From positions 163,960-227,959 of the forward strand of contig CAWJTV010000003.1 of assembly GCA_963845755.1 (NCBI GenBank): 64,000 bases of DNA, in the 5' to 3' direction. The DNA is from an uncultured Planctomycetota bacterium. GTDB taxonomy: Bacteria; Planctomycetota; Planctomycetia; Isosphaerales; Isosphaeraceae. The notes under the pieces are model-generated. The model was not told the origin of the DNA and ran no database searches. It was given only the letters and a program-made list of their open reading frames with translations. The position numbers and the translations under genes are program-made. Below are positions 1 through 11,449 of the stretch, piece by piece (position 1 is the first letter of the stretch; every line of letters starts with the position of its first letter).

Positions 1-492
1 CACACGCTTCACCTGGGCCTGCCTCGCGAGACGCTCGCAGGCGGCGACCGGCCCGGGGCCGGGGTCCTCGAGAGCCGCCCCGTCCTCGATCAAGCCCGTG
101 GAGAGGCGTCGGTGGCGCCGGAGCATGTTCAACGCCCGGTACCGAGCCACGGTGATCAGCCAGGTCGAGAGGCGGCCGCGCCTCGGATCGTAGGGGAGAT
201 CCGCAAGGTGGGCGACGACCTCGCTCCAGACCTCCTGGAGGCAATCCTCGCGGTCGGCCTCCGGCAGACCCTATCGGCTGAGAAACCCCCGGATCCGAGG
301 TGTGTAGAAGTCGTAGAAGTGATCCCATGCCTCGGCGAGCGTGGGAGGAGGATCGACGTTCCGGGAACGACACCCCAGATAGGCCTGGAGCTTGTTGCAC
401 AAAGCGACGTCCCCATCCGGAGGAGATGCCGGATGCGCCCCCAAACGACCCGGTTCACAGGTCGTGTCAGCGGATCCTTCACGCTGTGTCAT
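1..492 (-). pseudogene. ECF sigma factor with an in-frame TAG; runs off the window edge
   Basis: Manual translation from ATG 492: ...AWDHFYDFYTPRIRGFLSR*GLPEADREDCLQEVWSEVV...RGRLSTWLITVARYRALNMLRR, which is sigma region 2. The stop is at 271-273 and the frame stays open beyond it. Confidence 0.8.
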
Positions 493-628
493 TGGGGTCT
501 GCCTCCGTTGCAGGAGCTTGTGGGGATGCGTCCCAGAGGATGACCGTGCCGTCGTGACTGGACGAGACGAGGCGTCGTCCGCCCAGCGCGGCAAAGAAGA
601 TCGCTTCGACCTGCGGCGGGCTGATCAT
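479..628 (-). pseudogene. Collapsed kinase-WD40 gene remnant (49 aa)
   Basis: MISPPQVEAIFFAALG matches the N-terminus of the kinase at 33300 (MSTPSQVESIFFAALG) and is joined in frame to a terminal WD40 blade, GRRLVSSSHDGTVILWDA. Confidence 0.75.
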
Positions 629-650
629 GGCATCGCTCCCCTTCCCACTG

Positions 651-700
651 GCTCTGTGAACAATGCGACGAATCCACGGCGAACCCCGCAATCGCTCCGT
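651..700 (-). promoter_or_regulatory. Putative ECF promoter, copy 1 (TGCGGG-N17-CGCATT)
   Basis: About 45-bp motif repeated at 5938-5987 and 33331-33370; here it lies just upstream of the kinase-type start at 628. Confidence 0.55.
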
Positions 701-801
701 TACCTGACGAGCGCGGGCCGTCCACCGCATCGAATGTGGTCGGCGAAGTCCTCCGCCAGTTGATCGAGCCGGTCGTCTTGTCCCGAATCCGAGATCGACA
801 T
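700..801 (-). pseudogene. 33-aa stub of a Ser/Thr kinase
   Basis: MSISDSGQDDRLDQLAEDFADHIRCGGRPALVR* matches the start of the kinase at 11317 ([34 protein letters not shown]), with the same TGA-ACG-ATG junction to the sigma stop. Confidence 0.8.
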
Positions 802-804
802 CGT

Positions 805-1455
805 TCACGGTCCTTCCAGGCCACCCGGCATCGCGGCCAGGATCGCCTTGAGCTTCTGGAGTGCCCGGATATAACGCTTGGCTCCGGCCTCCTCGGTGAT
901 GCCCAGCACGACTGCGGTCTCGGCTCGGGTGAGCTGCTCGAAGTGCCGCAGCGCCACGATCTCCCGATCGAGCGGTTCGAGCGAGTTGACCGCCTCCTGA
1001 ATCTGGAGGATCTGCTCGGCCCGGATGACCGCATTGGAGGGAGTTGTCAGACGTCCCAGCAGCATCGCGGCCAGGGCCGCCGAGCTAACCTGGGGCAAAG
1101 GGTCGCGATAAAGCGAGACCTCCTGAGAGACGTCCCGCATCCGCGTCCCGAGGTGATGGCGGTGGATCGTCGCCAGCCGATCGCTGACGACCACGCGTAG
1201 CCAGAGAAACACCGGCAAGCTGGGATCGCTCAGATAGCTGTCCACCCGCTTCGCCAGGTCGAGGAAGCCGTCCTGAAGCACGTCGGAGGCATCAATCCGA
1301 CCATGCAGTCGCGCGTCGATACGGAGCTCGACCATCCTGCGTAGGCGGTCGCGGTGCTGCTGGAACAGGTCGGCGAGCGCGCCGCGATCCCCGGCCCGAA
1401 GCCGATCGAGCAGGTGGACGGTTTCACTGGGTGGGTCGTTCCTGATCTTGCCCAT
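805..1455 (-). CDS. ECF sigma-70 factor, planctomycete kinase-associated type
   Basis: 216-aa ORF with region 2 (RIDASDVLQD, VFLWLR) and region 4 (DREIVALRHFEQLT...AKRYIRAL); near-identical paralogue at 34277-34927. Confidence 0.93.
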   Translation of the reverse strand: MGKIRNDPPSETVHLLDRLRAGDRGALADLFQQHRDRLRRMVELRIDARLHGRIDASDVLQDGFLDLAKRVDSYLSDPSLPVFLWLRVVVSDRLATIHRHHLGTRMRDVSQEVSLYRDPLPQVSSAALAAMLLGRLTTPSNAVIRAEQILQIQEAVNSLEPLDREIVALRHFEQLTRAETAVVLGITEEAGAKRYIRALQKLKAILAAMPGGLEGP

Positions 1456-2078
1456 ACCTTAGGTCTGTGCGCCGCCGCAGGTTCGGGACAAGAAATATGG
1501 GATTCTCCCAGAATTATGATTTCAAAGTCGGGGGAAAACGAACCCGAATCGTCCTTCGACGAACCGAACGAGGCGACCAACCGTCCGTCCGAAATCCCGA
1601 TCATGGATCGGGTTACGCTTGACCGTCGCATACGAGCGAGTCGCGGTCGGCTTGACGGTCGAGGACATGGAGAGGCTTCGGCCGCGGACATCGCCGCGAC
1701 TCACCACGAATCAAGGTTGACGCGCCGGCTCGCAGACCGCGCTTGCCGCGAGCCAGATGGCACGAGGTCAGAAGGCCATCGCCTTGGCTGGAGGGAGCTG
1801 ACTGCGAGACGCCTCGGGTTGAAGACCCATGCGGCCGGTGGGACCCGAACCATGATTCATGATCCGGATTCGGGCTCCACGCGGCCTCGGCGCTGGCGAT
1901 GCGCCGAGAGACCACTCGGGAAGAACCCAAGCGAGCCCACGGCGAGGAGTGACTGGGTAAGGAGAGCCACGATTTCTTCGCGAGACACGATCTTGATCCT
2001 GTGTCCAAGAACCGCATGATCCGGTAAAAAACTGTCCGAGAACGGGGTCCGGCCTTTGTAGGGTGGGTGAAAGATCCA

Positions 2079-3733
2079 CTACCCCTTCCAACATGCTGAG
2101 TTAATTATTATAACCTCTTTGGCTGGGATGGTTTTCGTTCCCGATCACGGAGGGCTACCTATGTCTCCCAGGCTGATTGATCTCGATGGGCCGACGAAGC
2201 GCTGCGGACGGACCTCCCAGCCGGTGGTGCCACCCCCGCGCCCCGCCGCCCGGCTGGATCTCCTCGACCCTGCCCCTCCACTCATCGCGGACCTCCCGGC
2301 CATCCTCAATCCCTGCATTCAGGAGTCCCCGGCCACCGTGATGACCCGTATCACCCTGGATTGGCTCCTCCAGGGCACCCCCTTCGACCTCCTCTTCGAG
2401 CAGTCCGCCGAGGGCGAATACTGCCGCGAGTTTACCCTCGAGCACCTCGTGTTGGTCATGCTCGACGTCGTCTGTGGGTTCAACCCCTCCACCCGCTCGG
2501 CGTTCCTGGGGCGCCAGCTCCCACTGATCGCCTCGCTCTCGGCCTTCTACGGCAAGCTCAATCGCCTGAGCCCGGCCATCACCGCCGCGGTCGTCCGCCA
2601 CACGGCGATCCGCTGCCGCGCCCTGATCGAAGGCGGCGGGGGCCTGCTGCCGGAGCCGATCCCCGGCTACTGCGCCCGCATCCTCGACGGCAACGTCCTG
2701 GCCGGGACCGACCATCGCCTGACCCCGACGCGGACCACCTGGTCGGCCTGTCTGCCCGGCAAGTCGCTGGCGATCTACGAGCCGGCCAGCGGCTTGATCA
2801 CCGATCTGATCCTGGAGGAGAACGCCCACACCCAGGAGCGCAACCTGCTCAAGGAAGTCCCCGTCTCGGCCGGCGAGCTGTGGATCCTCGACCGCAACTT
2901 GTGCGTCCGCACCTTCTTGTTCCGCATCGCGCGAGCCGGCGGGTCCTTCCTGGCACGGCGGCACCAAACGACGTTGCCCTACGAACCAGCCGGGCCGCGG
3001 CAGTCGCGGGGGCGCTGCCCGACCGGCAAGGTCCACGAGCAGCCGATCCTCGTGGACGATCCCGAGACGCCCGGGGCGGCGCATCGCCTGCGGCTGATCA
3101 TCCTGGAATTGGACGAGCCGACGCGGGAGGGGGAGACGGAGATCATCCTGGTGACCAACCTGCCCGAGGATGTCTCGGCGATCGACTGCTGCGCCGCGTA
3201 CCGGGGCCGCTGGGGGATCGAGGGCCATTTCCAGGTGCTGACCGACCTGCTGAATTGCGAGATCCCCACGCTGGGCTACCCGCGCGCGGCACTGTTCGGC
3301 TTCGGGATGTCGGCCGTGGCCGGCAACGCCCTGGCGGTGCTCAAGGGCGGCCTGCGGGCGGAGCACGGCCGGGAGATGGCCGCAGAAGTGTCGAATCATG
3401 CCGTGGTCACCGAGGTGGCGCGGATCTACCCGGGGATGATGACGGCGGTCCCGCCGCGACTGTGGCCGGAGCTGAGCGATCGCCCGGTGCAGGAGGTGGC
3501 GGATTTGCTCAACGAGTTGGCGGCTCGGATGTCGGTGGAGTGGATGCTCCGGGTACGACGCGGGCCGAAGAAGAAGAAACCGCATCGGAGCAAGGGGGAC
3601 CGAAACCATCATTTGGCCACCAAGAAGCTACTGGACGAGGCCAAGGGGATGTGCCCGCCCAGAGCGGGGTGAGGCGCAACCCACATGGCATCAAGAGTTT
3701 GATTATAACGAGTTTGCATGTTGGAAGGGGTAG
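2079..3733 (+). mobile_element. IS4-family insertion sequence
   Basis: Perfect 18-bp TIRs CTACCCCTTCCAACATGC (2079-2096 / 3716-3733); GTGGGTGAAA repeated on both flanks (2063-2072, 3734-3743). Confidence 0.88.
2119..3672 (+). CDS. IS4-family DDE transposase (start uncertain)
   Basis: ILDGN, ILDRN and YRGRWGIEGHF (YxxRWxIE signature) motifs. Confidence 0.9.
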   Translation: MAGMVFVPDHGGLPMSPRLIDLDGPTKRCGRTSQPVVPPPRPAARLDLLDPAPPLIADLPAILNPCIQESPATVMTRITLDWLLQGTPFDLLFEQSAEGEYCREFTLEHLVLVMLDVVCGFNPSTRSAFLGRQLPLIASLSAFYGKLNRLSPAITAAVVRHTAIRCRALIEGGGGLLPEPIPGYCARILDGNVLAGTDHRLTPTRTTWSACLPGKSLAIYEPASGLITDLILEENAHTQERNLLKEVPVSAGELWILDRNLCVRTFLFRIARAGGSFLARRHQTTLPYEPAGPRQSRGRCPTGKVHEQPILVDDPETPGAAHRLRLIILELDEPTREGETEIILVTNLPEDVSAIDCCAAYRGRWGIEGHFQVLTDLLNCEIPTLGYPRAALFGFGMSAVAGNALAVLKGGLRAEHGREMAAEVSNHAVVTEVARIYPGMMTAVPPRLWPELSDRPVQEVADLLNELAARMSVEWMLRVRRGPKKKKPHRSKGDRNHHLATKKLLDEAKGMCPPRAG

Positions 3734-3788
3734 GTGGGTGAAACCCACCAAAAAGATGCTCGATCCTGGTGGGTTTCACCCACCCTAC
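3734..3788. repeat. GTAG-type REP palindrome interrupted by the IS4
   Basis: Arm GGTGGGTTTCACCCACCCTAC (3768-3788) is the exact reverse complement of the arm reconstituted from 2058-2072 plus 3744-3749. Confidence 0.8.
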
Positions 3789-3914
3789 TCAGTTCTCGGA
3801 TAGTCGTTAAGGGGATCTCGGGATTTCCGGCATCGCGGGGACATTCGGAGCCAGCTCGGGGACAATCGCCCTTCGACGCCGGATCGGTCGCGCGAGCACC
3901 GAGCGAAAACCTCG

Positions 3915-4661
3915 TTACCCCAACGTGATCTTGTGGAACAAGTCGTCGGGAAGGTTCTTGCAGAGGATCTCGTCGATCTTCGAGGCGCGCGGCATGTAGA
4001 TGAACGGCCGATACGGGAAAATCCGATCGTTGATCCACGGCGTCTTCCAGTCCGTGCAGGTCTTGACGAACTTCTCGGCGAAGCCGGCGTCCCTGGCCAG
4101 CGGATACATCGCCTCGACCTCCAGGCAGCCGTCCATGCAAAGGTCCACATACGACTGTACGATGGGATGCTCGGCGTTGACCATCTTCTTCGATTTGCTG
4201 GCGTAGAAGTAGTACTCCCCCGGCGGTGGTGCCGGGCTACCATCCAGCATCGTGATGGCGGAACGGGGAAAAAGGGTTCGCGTGTAGTCGGACTCGCGCG
4301 CGTCGGTGGCGAGGAGCTCCTCGTCCGAGACGGGATAGATCACGCCATTAGTCGTGGCGTTCTCGTTGACCACCGCACCGAGGTAGGTCGGGTTCAAGCT
4401 GAAGCTGGCGGCCTGGTAATACCAGCCGCGCGAGATGCCCTTGACGATCGCGGGCGACGCGGCGAAGGCCTTCGGCACGGTCCGCATGCGGCTCTCGATC
4501 TGGATGAGTGAGCCGTAGCCGAAGATGTACTTCTGGGTCGGGGGCGACTTGGGCGGTTCCTGCGCGGCCGCAGGAGCAACCACGGCGGTTACGGCGACGC
4601 TGGTCGTGCCCATGAGGGCCAATGCCGATCGACGGGTCAGCTTGCCGGGTGCGTCAGACAC
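3915..4661 (-). CDS. Gamma-glutamylcyclotransferase-fold (ChaC/AIG2-like) protein with a Tat signal
   Basis: YIFGYGSLI motif, DARE acidic motif, LTRRSALALMG...AAAAQ twin-arginine leader; GTG start at 4661 inferred. Confidence 0.8.
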   Translation of the reverse strand: MSDAPGKLTRRSALALMGTTSVAVTAVVAPAAAQEPPKSPPTQKYIFGYGSLIQIESRMRTVPKAFAASPAIVKGISRGWYYQAASFSLNPTYLGAVVNENATTNGVIYPVSDEELLATDARESDYTRTLFPRSAITMLDGSPAPPPGEYYFYASKSKKMVNAEHPIVQSYVDLCMDGCLEVEAMYPLARDAGFAEKFVKTCTDWKTPWINDRIFPYRPFIYMPRASKIDEILCKNLPDDLFHKITLG

Positions 4662-4715
4662 GATCAATGCTCCTTGCGGTCTCGGGTTGGGGAATGAGGA
4701 TAGCACGACAGCGGG

Positions 4716-5287
4716 TTACGACTTTTCGTTGCGCCATCGCTGGATCGACTCGGCGTCGAGGCGCGCATCATGATCGTATTGTTCGTTCATGATCTTCTGT
4801 TTGTCCGGCGGGGCAAGATCGAAGAAACGGCGGATTGTCAAAGGTGGATCGGTTCGTTCCAGTTGACCATCGACGACGGCAGCCAGGTAGACGGTGCGAT
4901 CGCCGGAGTCCATGCGCGATTCGACTCGGCAGTCGAACCAGGCCAGCGCCTCGGGCAGCAGCGGGCTTCCGGTCGCCCCGGTACGACACACCAGACCGGC
5001 AAACTTGTTGAACGTCGCGGCCGGACTGGAGTCCAAACCGCCACACCAGATCGAGCTGTGTCTCGCCGATCAGGTGCATGGCAAAGGCACCGCTGTCTTC
5101 GATCAACGCGTGGGTGTTGTGCCGTTTGTCGATCGTGATGAGCTGTCGGGGCATTTCACTCACGATCGATGCCTGAGCCACCGTCGTGGCGATCAGTCCG
5201 CCACGCCGGTCGCCGGCTGCCGCGGTCACCAGCCACAACGGCGGGTTCAGTTGAGCATAGACTTTCCCAATTCTGCGCGATGTCCAT
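4716..5287 (-). CDS. Flavin reductase family protein (two frameshifts, near 5270 and 5010)
   Basis: WLVTAAAGDRRGGLIAT, FGLQSGRDV|NKFAG and LAWFDCRVESRMDSGDRTVYLAAVV are spread over consecutive frames. Confidence 0.8.
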
Positions 5288-5724
5288 TATCGGCTCCAAT
5301 CTCGCACGACTTTCAACGCTTCCGCCGCCAGGATGCCGCCCGTTAGCTCGACGTTGATGAATGCGGTTCGAATGAGGGCTTCCGAGGACGTGTGGATTTG
5401 CGGCTGGCCGACGTCGGTTAATTGTTGAATCGAGGCGCCGAAGACCACTCGAGAAACTCCGGCCCAGATGATCGCACCCGTGCACATCGGACAGGACTCG
5501 CTGGATGTGTAGAGCGTATACCCTTTCAATGACAAATCGGGAATCGCCTTGATCGCCGCTCGGATCACGTTGACTTCGGCATGCGCCGTCGGATCCCGAT
5601 CGCGAGTTGTGGTATTGAATCCCCTGACGACGATCGCGCCATCCTTGACGATGACCGCGCCGTAAGGCCAGTCACCCTTCTTCGATTCCTCGATGGCGAT
5701 CTGCATAAACTCCGAGTCATTCAT
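5287..5724 (-). CDS. Zn-dependent nucleoside/guanine deaminase family protein
   Basis: DPTAHAEVNVIR and ESCPMC motifs; 145 aa. Confidence 0.9.
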   Translation of the reverse strand: MNDSEFMQIAIEESKKGDWPYGAVIVKDGAIVVRGFNTTTRDRDPTAHAEVNVIRAAIKAIPDLSLKGYTLYTSSESCPMCTGAIIWAGVSRVVFGASIQQLTDVGQPQIHTSSEALIRTAFINVELTGGILAAEALKVVRDWSR

Positions 5725-5937
5725 GCGATTCCTCGGTTCCCAGGTTGTCGGGCATTCGGTTCATCCAGGAGGGCGAACAGGGGCCATCACTCATCGTTGG
5801 GTCACGACCGTCGCTCTCCTCCATGGCTCAAGGTCTCGGTGCGAGATCATGTGGATCATTCTTTCGCCGTCAAGCATGGGGATGACATCCTGGGTCAAAC
5901 CTCCCATCTTCTGGAAGTCGGGGTTATATTCCGAATC

Positions 5938-5987
5938 GCTCTGTGAACAATGCGACGAATCCACTACGAACCACTCAATCGCTCCGT
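5938..5987 (-). promoter_or_regulatory. Putative ECF promoter, copy 2 (TGAGTG-N17-CGCATT)
   Basis: Near-identical to 651-700; upstream of the deaminase-reductase-GGCT genes. Confidence 0.5.
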
Positions 5988-6101
5988 CTCTTGACGACCC
6001 CGGGCCGTTCGCCGCACCGAATGCGGTCGGCGGAACGTCTTGAGTGCGCGAATGTAACACATTACTTCGGGACAGCAAACGAGGCCAGGCCTTGAGGCGG
6101 T

Positions 6102-9100
6102 TCATCTCAGCCTCGGATCCTGAAACGGATCGCTGGGAAACTCGGCATCGAAGAGCACTGCCTCGGCCTCGCTGCGGAGGAGGGCCAGCTCCTGGAGGTC
6201 CCAGAAGGTTATCGACGAAGCGGGACGTAAAGTGCGGAGGCGTTCGAGCCACCGGCGGGCTTCGGCCAAGTTTCCCTTGCGGCGTGGGCCAGGGCCAGGT
6301 AGGCCCAATCGGTGGGGTAATCCTGGAACTTCGCCTCCGTCGCGGCGGCCGTTCCCTCGTTCAGTCGGGTGATCGCCTCATCGATCCGGCCGGCCCGGAT
6401 GAGCAGCGCCGCCAATGCGTTCGGAAAGTAGTAAGGGCGATAGATGGGGGGTGGCACGGGAACGTCGGCCCGCCGTTTCTCGAACCAGGCGATCGGGACG
6501 CGGTAATCGTCCAGGCCCTGGACGCCCAGGGCCAGGAGCGACCCTGCAAGCGTCGCGTCCCAGGCAACAATCGGGTCCGGCCACTGGCGGCTCCAGGACC
6601 GCCGCGCAGGCCTCGCGGTAGCCGGCGCGGTCGCCCGCCCTCAGGCAGGCGATGCCCCAGGCCTGGGCCAGCTCCCGGCTGAGTGGACCGACCCGGCCGC
6701 AGCGTGCCAGCAGGTCCGCGGCCTCGGCCCAGCGGCCGGCGCGGCCCATCTCCTCGGCCCGGGGAATGACGATTCCCTGATCGGCTCCCAGCTCGAAGGC
6801 GCGGGTGAGCTCGGCCTGTCGGTCGGCCTCGCGGCCGAGCTTGCCGTAGACCGCCGCACGTTCTTCATGCAGCGTCCAGTCATCGGGCCGGGCGGCGATC
6901 AGGCGGTCGAGGTACCAGAGGGCCTCGACCCACCGCTCGGCTGTGGTGCATTCGCTGGCGCAGTGAGCCTGGAAGTCCAGGACCTGCTCCCGCGAGCCCA
7001 GCCGCTCGGCCTGCTGGTAATCGGCGGCGGACTTGTCGAACTTGTCGGACAGGGACCACGCGCGGGCCCGGCGCGCGACCAGGAGCCAGTCGTCCGGCCC
7101 GGCGGCGATCAGGCGGTCGAGGTGCCAGATCGCCGCGAAGGCGTTGCCGTTCTGTTCGGCTTCGCGGATCATCGGCTCGTGCCAGGCGGGACCGTCATCG
7201 AGCTGCACGGCGGCGGGATCGAGGCGGCCGAGCTGCTCCAGCCGCTTGCGCCAGGCCGGGGCGTCGAGCCGCGAGATCGCCAGTCCCGACTCCATCCACA
7301 GGCCGGTCCGAGATTCGATTCGCAGGCCGATCCGGGCTTCGATTCGCAGGGTCAAGTCGTCGAGGTTCGAGTCCTGGAGCGGCTCGGGAATGGGCCAGGT
7401 GCGGGATTCCCCGAACTCGTCGATCGCGGCGACAGTCCGGCCATCGGCCGTGAATACGACCTGATGAACAGCATGTCTCATGAATCGCGGCGGGCCGACC
7501 GGCTGCGCCGTGGCCAGGTCGCAGAGCCGGACCGCGCCGTCGTCGAATCCCGCGGCGACGAGACCGCCATCGCGGCGAAACGCCGCACAGATGGCCGGCG
7601 ACGAAGCGGTCAGGAGCCTGGCGAGAACTTCTCCGGTCGCGGCATCGCGGAGCTTGACCGTGCCGTCCTTACCCAGTGTGAGGAAGGCACGACCGTCGGG
7701 ATGGAATCCTCCGGTGACCTCGTCAACCATCGGCTCTCCGAGCACCTGCCCTTTGGTCGTGTCCCACAGGCGCGTCAAGCGATTGCTGCCACTCGCAAGC
7801 AGGGCTCGACCATCCGGCCGGAATTCGAGTCGGGTGACATACTCCGTGCTGGGCAGTAGTTCTCCGAGGGGTTGACGCGTCCTGTTGTCCCAGAGCCGGG
7901 TACCAGTCTTGCCCTTCTCACTGGCGAGACCCACCGCGAGCATCGTGCCGTCCGGACTGTAAGCCAGGCACAGGACCATTTCTCCTTGAGGAAGCGGCCG
8001 GCCGATTTCCTTGCCGGTTGAGGTATCCCAGAACCGGACGAGTCCATCGTAGTCGCCCACGGCCACGACCTTGCCGTCGGGCTGGAAAGCCAGTGCCGCG
8101 ACCCAGTTGGTGTGCGGTATCGGCGGGAGCAAGAGCCGCCCCGTGCTCGCGTCCCAGAGTCGGAGCTCGCCTCCGTAGCGAGTCTCCGGATTACTCCCGG
8201 TCGCGAAACATCGGCCGTCGGGGCTGAAGGCGACCGCACGCACGATCCAGCCGGGGTAGTGCGGCGCGGGCCTTCCGGAGGGGCGATCGGTTGCGGGATC
8301 CGATAGTCGGATCACTTCCTGTCCCCCCGCACCATCGGCCAGCGAGACGGCGATCTGGCCATCGGCCCGCAGTAAACCTGACCGGAAAGCATTGAACCCA
8401 CGCCATCGGCGGTTGGCTACGCTCCCTGTCGGCGTTGCCTTCTTGTTGGTTCCTCCGTCGGCAAGCGGCTCCGCATCAACCGACACTTGCCACAACAGGG
8501 CGCTCTTGTCAAAGGTACTGCTAAGCACGGTACGACCGTCCGGATGCGAGGCGGTGAAAGCTCCAGCAAGAACCCTTGAGCCTCTCTCGCTCCCGGTGTC
8601 GGCATCACGAACGCAAGGCTTGAAGTCAATCTCTGACAGAAGACGATCACCCGCGGGTGTGTAAATGGCGCCATCGGGGACTGCCCCTGCCATGAGCGGA
8701 CTGGTCGGTCTTCCGGTGGCAGGGTCCCAGAACTGTCCGAAGCCGGTACTCTTGGAGCCATCGCCGACGACTTCTGAGATTGACCCGAACAGTGACCTCC
8801 CATCGGGCCTAAAGACCAGGGTCCCCGGTGCTTGCAGGCCGGTTCGCCAGGATGCCTGCCGCCGTCCCGAGGGCAGGTCGTACACATCGACGTACGCCTC
8901 GCCATTCTCGAGACGGCCGGTGGCGAACTTCCCGCCGTCGGGAGCAACCGCCATCCATCCCTGGCCTCGCATCGGCTCTTCGCGCTGCCGGTCGGCCCCG
9001 AAGTCCAGTCGAATTAACCCATAGCTGTTTGACCCGTAATCGCGGTCCGCAAAGAGCGTGGACCCGTCAGGACTGAAGTGAATCGCCCTCCCCGGCTCTG

Positions 9101-11317
9101 CGGGTAAGTCCGCAGTCCTCCAGAGCACCCGCCGCGTAGGCAGGTCGACGGCCACCATGCGCCTCCAATTGTCCGCAATGCCGACGAGGACTTTGCCATC
9201 CGGTCGGAAGGCGAACGGAGCGAAGGCACCGGGCAACGAGGAGAGCTTTCGTCCCGAGGCGGTGTCCCAGAGGTCGATTGGTGTCGCGTTCGCACGATTA
9301 TGAGGAACGTCACTCGTCGCAAATGATCTTCCGTCGGGGCTGAAGGCGAGGTGATTGCATGGACCGGTCTCGAAAATCCTGAGCGGCTTATGGACCTGCC
9401 CGAGCCACGCACCCAGGTTCCAGCGGACCGTCCGCCGGAATTCCTCCGCGCCGTCCGGAGCGGTCTTGAGGGCCTCGAGCATCCAGAGCAAGCCCCGGTC
9501 GGCGTGGCCCTCCTGAGCCAGGGCGAATCCCTTGTCGAGCGTCAGGTCGGCGGACTGCTGCCGTGAATGGTCGCGCTCGAGGGTGGCCTGTCGCTCAGCC
9601 TTGACGGCGACATCTGAGCCTACGGCGATCTGAGCCTCCTGCGATGCTGCTTGGGCGAGACATCCGGCAAGGTTCCGGAAGTACGTCGCGGCCAGCATCG
9701 AGCCCACGGTCGTCGCGATCAAGACCGCCGTGAGCACCCCGCCCAGGACCGCGATCACCGGATTACGCCGGGCCCACCGCCAGTATCGCTCGGCCGAACT
9801 GACCTGGCGGGCCCGGATCGGCTCATCGGCGAGGAACCGACGCGAGGTCTTCGCCCATCGCCTCGGCCGACTGGTACCGCGCCTTGGGGTCCTTCTCGAT
9901 CGCCTTCAAGACGATCGTCTCCAGGTCCCGCGGAATCCGGGCATCGACGGCCCGGGGCCGCGGCGGCTCCTCGGTCTTGATCTGCTCGATCAGCTTGAGC
10001 CGGTCCGACGAGTCGAATCCCGAGCGGAGCGTGAGCAGCTCGTAGAGCGTCAACCCCAGCGCGTAGACGTCGGCCCGAGCATCCCCTTCGCCCCGGAACC
10101 GTTCGGGGGCCATGTAGCGGAGGGTGCCCAGGATGTCGCCGCTCTGGGTCAGGCCCTCGTCTTCCCCCTTGGCCAGGCCGAAATCGGCGATCCAGACCAC
10201 GCCTTCGGTGTCCAGGAGCAAGTTCGACGGCTTGATGTCGCGGTGGACGATCCCGCGCGCGTGGGCGTAGGCGAGGCCCCCGGCGACCTGCCGGCCGATC
10301 TGAGCCAGGCTGCGGAAGAACGCGCGCCGGCCCGACTCGACGGACGAGAGCTGGGTGCCGCCGGGCAGGATCGCCGAGCTGGACGACGGCGAGGCCGACG
10401 GTGACAAGGCGGGTGCGGGCGGATGCGCCGGTTTTGGGCCGGTTGCCTCGCCCGCGGTCGGCACTCCCGGTCTCGGTGCTCGTCAGTGCGAGGTCGAATT
10501 CGAGTGCGCGACTCCTTCCGGTCCCGGTCGGTGTCGCGACTCCGCCGGCGAGGGCCTTGGCCCGCATCGATGATGAGGCTCCCGCCAGCTCCGGGCCCCG
10601 GCCGCCAGGGTCGAACCGACCGGTCAGAATGGACTGCAACACCGCGCTGACCTCGACCCCATCCGCGATTGTCGGGGCCTCGATGCCCTGGCCGGAGTGC
10701 CCACCGCGTTGCCGGGGCGACTGGCCCGGAGAGGCCGCCCTGATCTTGGGCTCGGATCCGGCCCGGTGGTCGCGGAGCCGCCGCAGCTCGGTCGATGACC
10801 AGGTCCAAGCCCTGGCCCTGGATGAACTGCATGGCGTAAAGCGGACATCCCCATCCTGGCCCACCTCGTAGACCGGCACGATGTTGGTGTGGTGCAGTCG
10901 GGCCGCGGCGCGGGCCTCGCGGCGGAACCGCTCCAGGACCATCCGGTCGCCGGCCCTCTGCCGCGGCAGGACCTTCAGCGCCACGCGGCGGCCCAGCGAG
11001 ATCTGCTCAGCCTCGTACACCACACCCATGCCGCCCCGGCCGATCGTGCGGAGGATCCGGTAGTCGCCGACCTGGCTCAAGGGTGGATTCGTGGCCCAGG
11101 ATTCCCGGGTCTCCTTCTCCTCCTCGCCCTGCCGCAAATCGTCGGCCTGCTCCACCTTGACCATCGCCGGGAACAGCTCGCGGATCTCGTCGGCCAGCTC
11201 CGGGTAGCGATCGGTGTATTCCTTGAGTGCGGGGTGCTCACCGTGCCGGAAGCGGTCGGCGAATTCCTCGGCCAGTCGATCGAGCAGGTCATACTGTTCC
11301 GATTCCGAGATCGACAT
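6102..11317 (-). CDS. Membrane Ser/Thr protein kinase with WD40 and TPR domains (multiple frameshifts)
   Basis: [36 protein letters not shown]; a TM helix, then WD40 blades (AFSPDG..LWD) and TPRs, across ORFs 9755-11317, 9823-10464, 6378-9758, 6209-6457 and 6102-6308. Confidence 0.88.
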
Positions 11318-11320
11318 CGT

Positions 11321-11449
11321 TCACGAACCTTTCAGGCCACCCGGCCCCCGCCCGCTGAACACCGTGGGCGGCACGCCGCGTTGACGACGGCGAGGAAGCC
11401 GGTGCGGCGCGAGGACGGCATCTTTCGTCGGGCGGAGATGAGTCATCAT
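11321..11449 (-). pseudogene. 42-aa in-frame chimera of an FG-GAP-protein N-terminus and an ECF sigma C-terminus
   Basis: MMTHLRPTKDAVLAPHRLPRRRQR resembles MITLLRPTKSGILAPRRR; it ends PGGLKGS*, like the sigma end PGGLEGP*. Upstream DNA 11450-11516 matches 19641-19706. Confidence 0.75.

Noticed and set aside
271..273. Amber recoding (pyrrolysine or alternative genetic code)
   Set aside because: TAG is used as a normal stop elsewhere (e.g. 35101, 57218), and no pyl genes are seen.
1620..2030. Hairpin-rich intergenic stretch
   Set aside because: No second copy or covariation; short stems are expected at this GC content.
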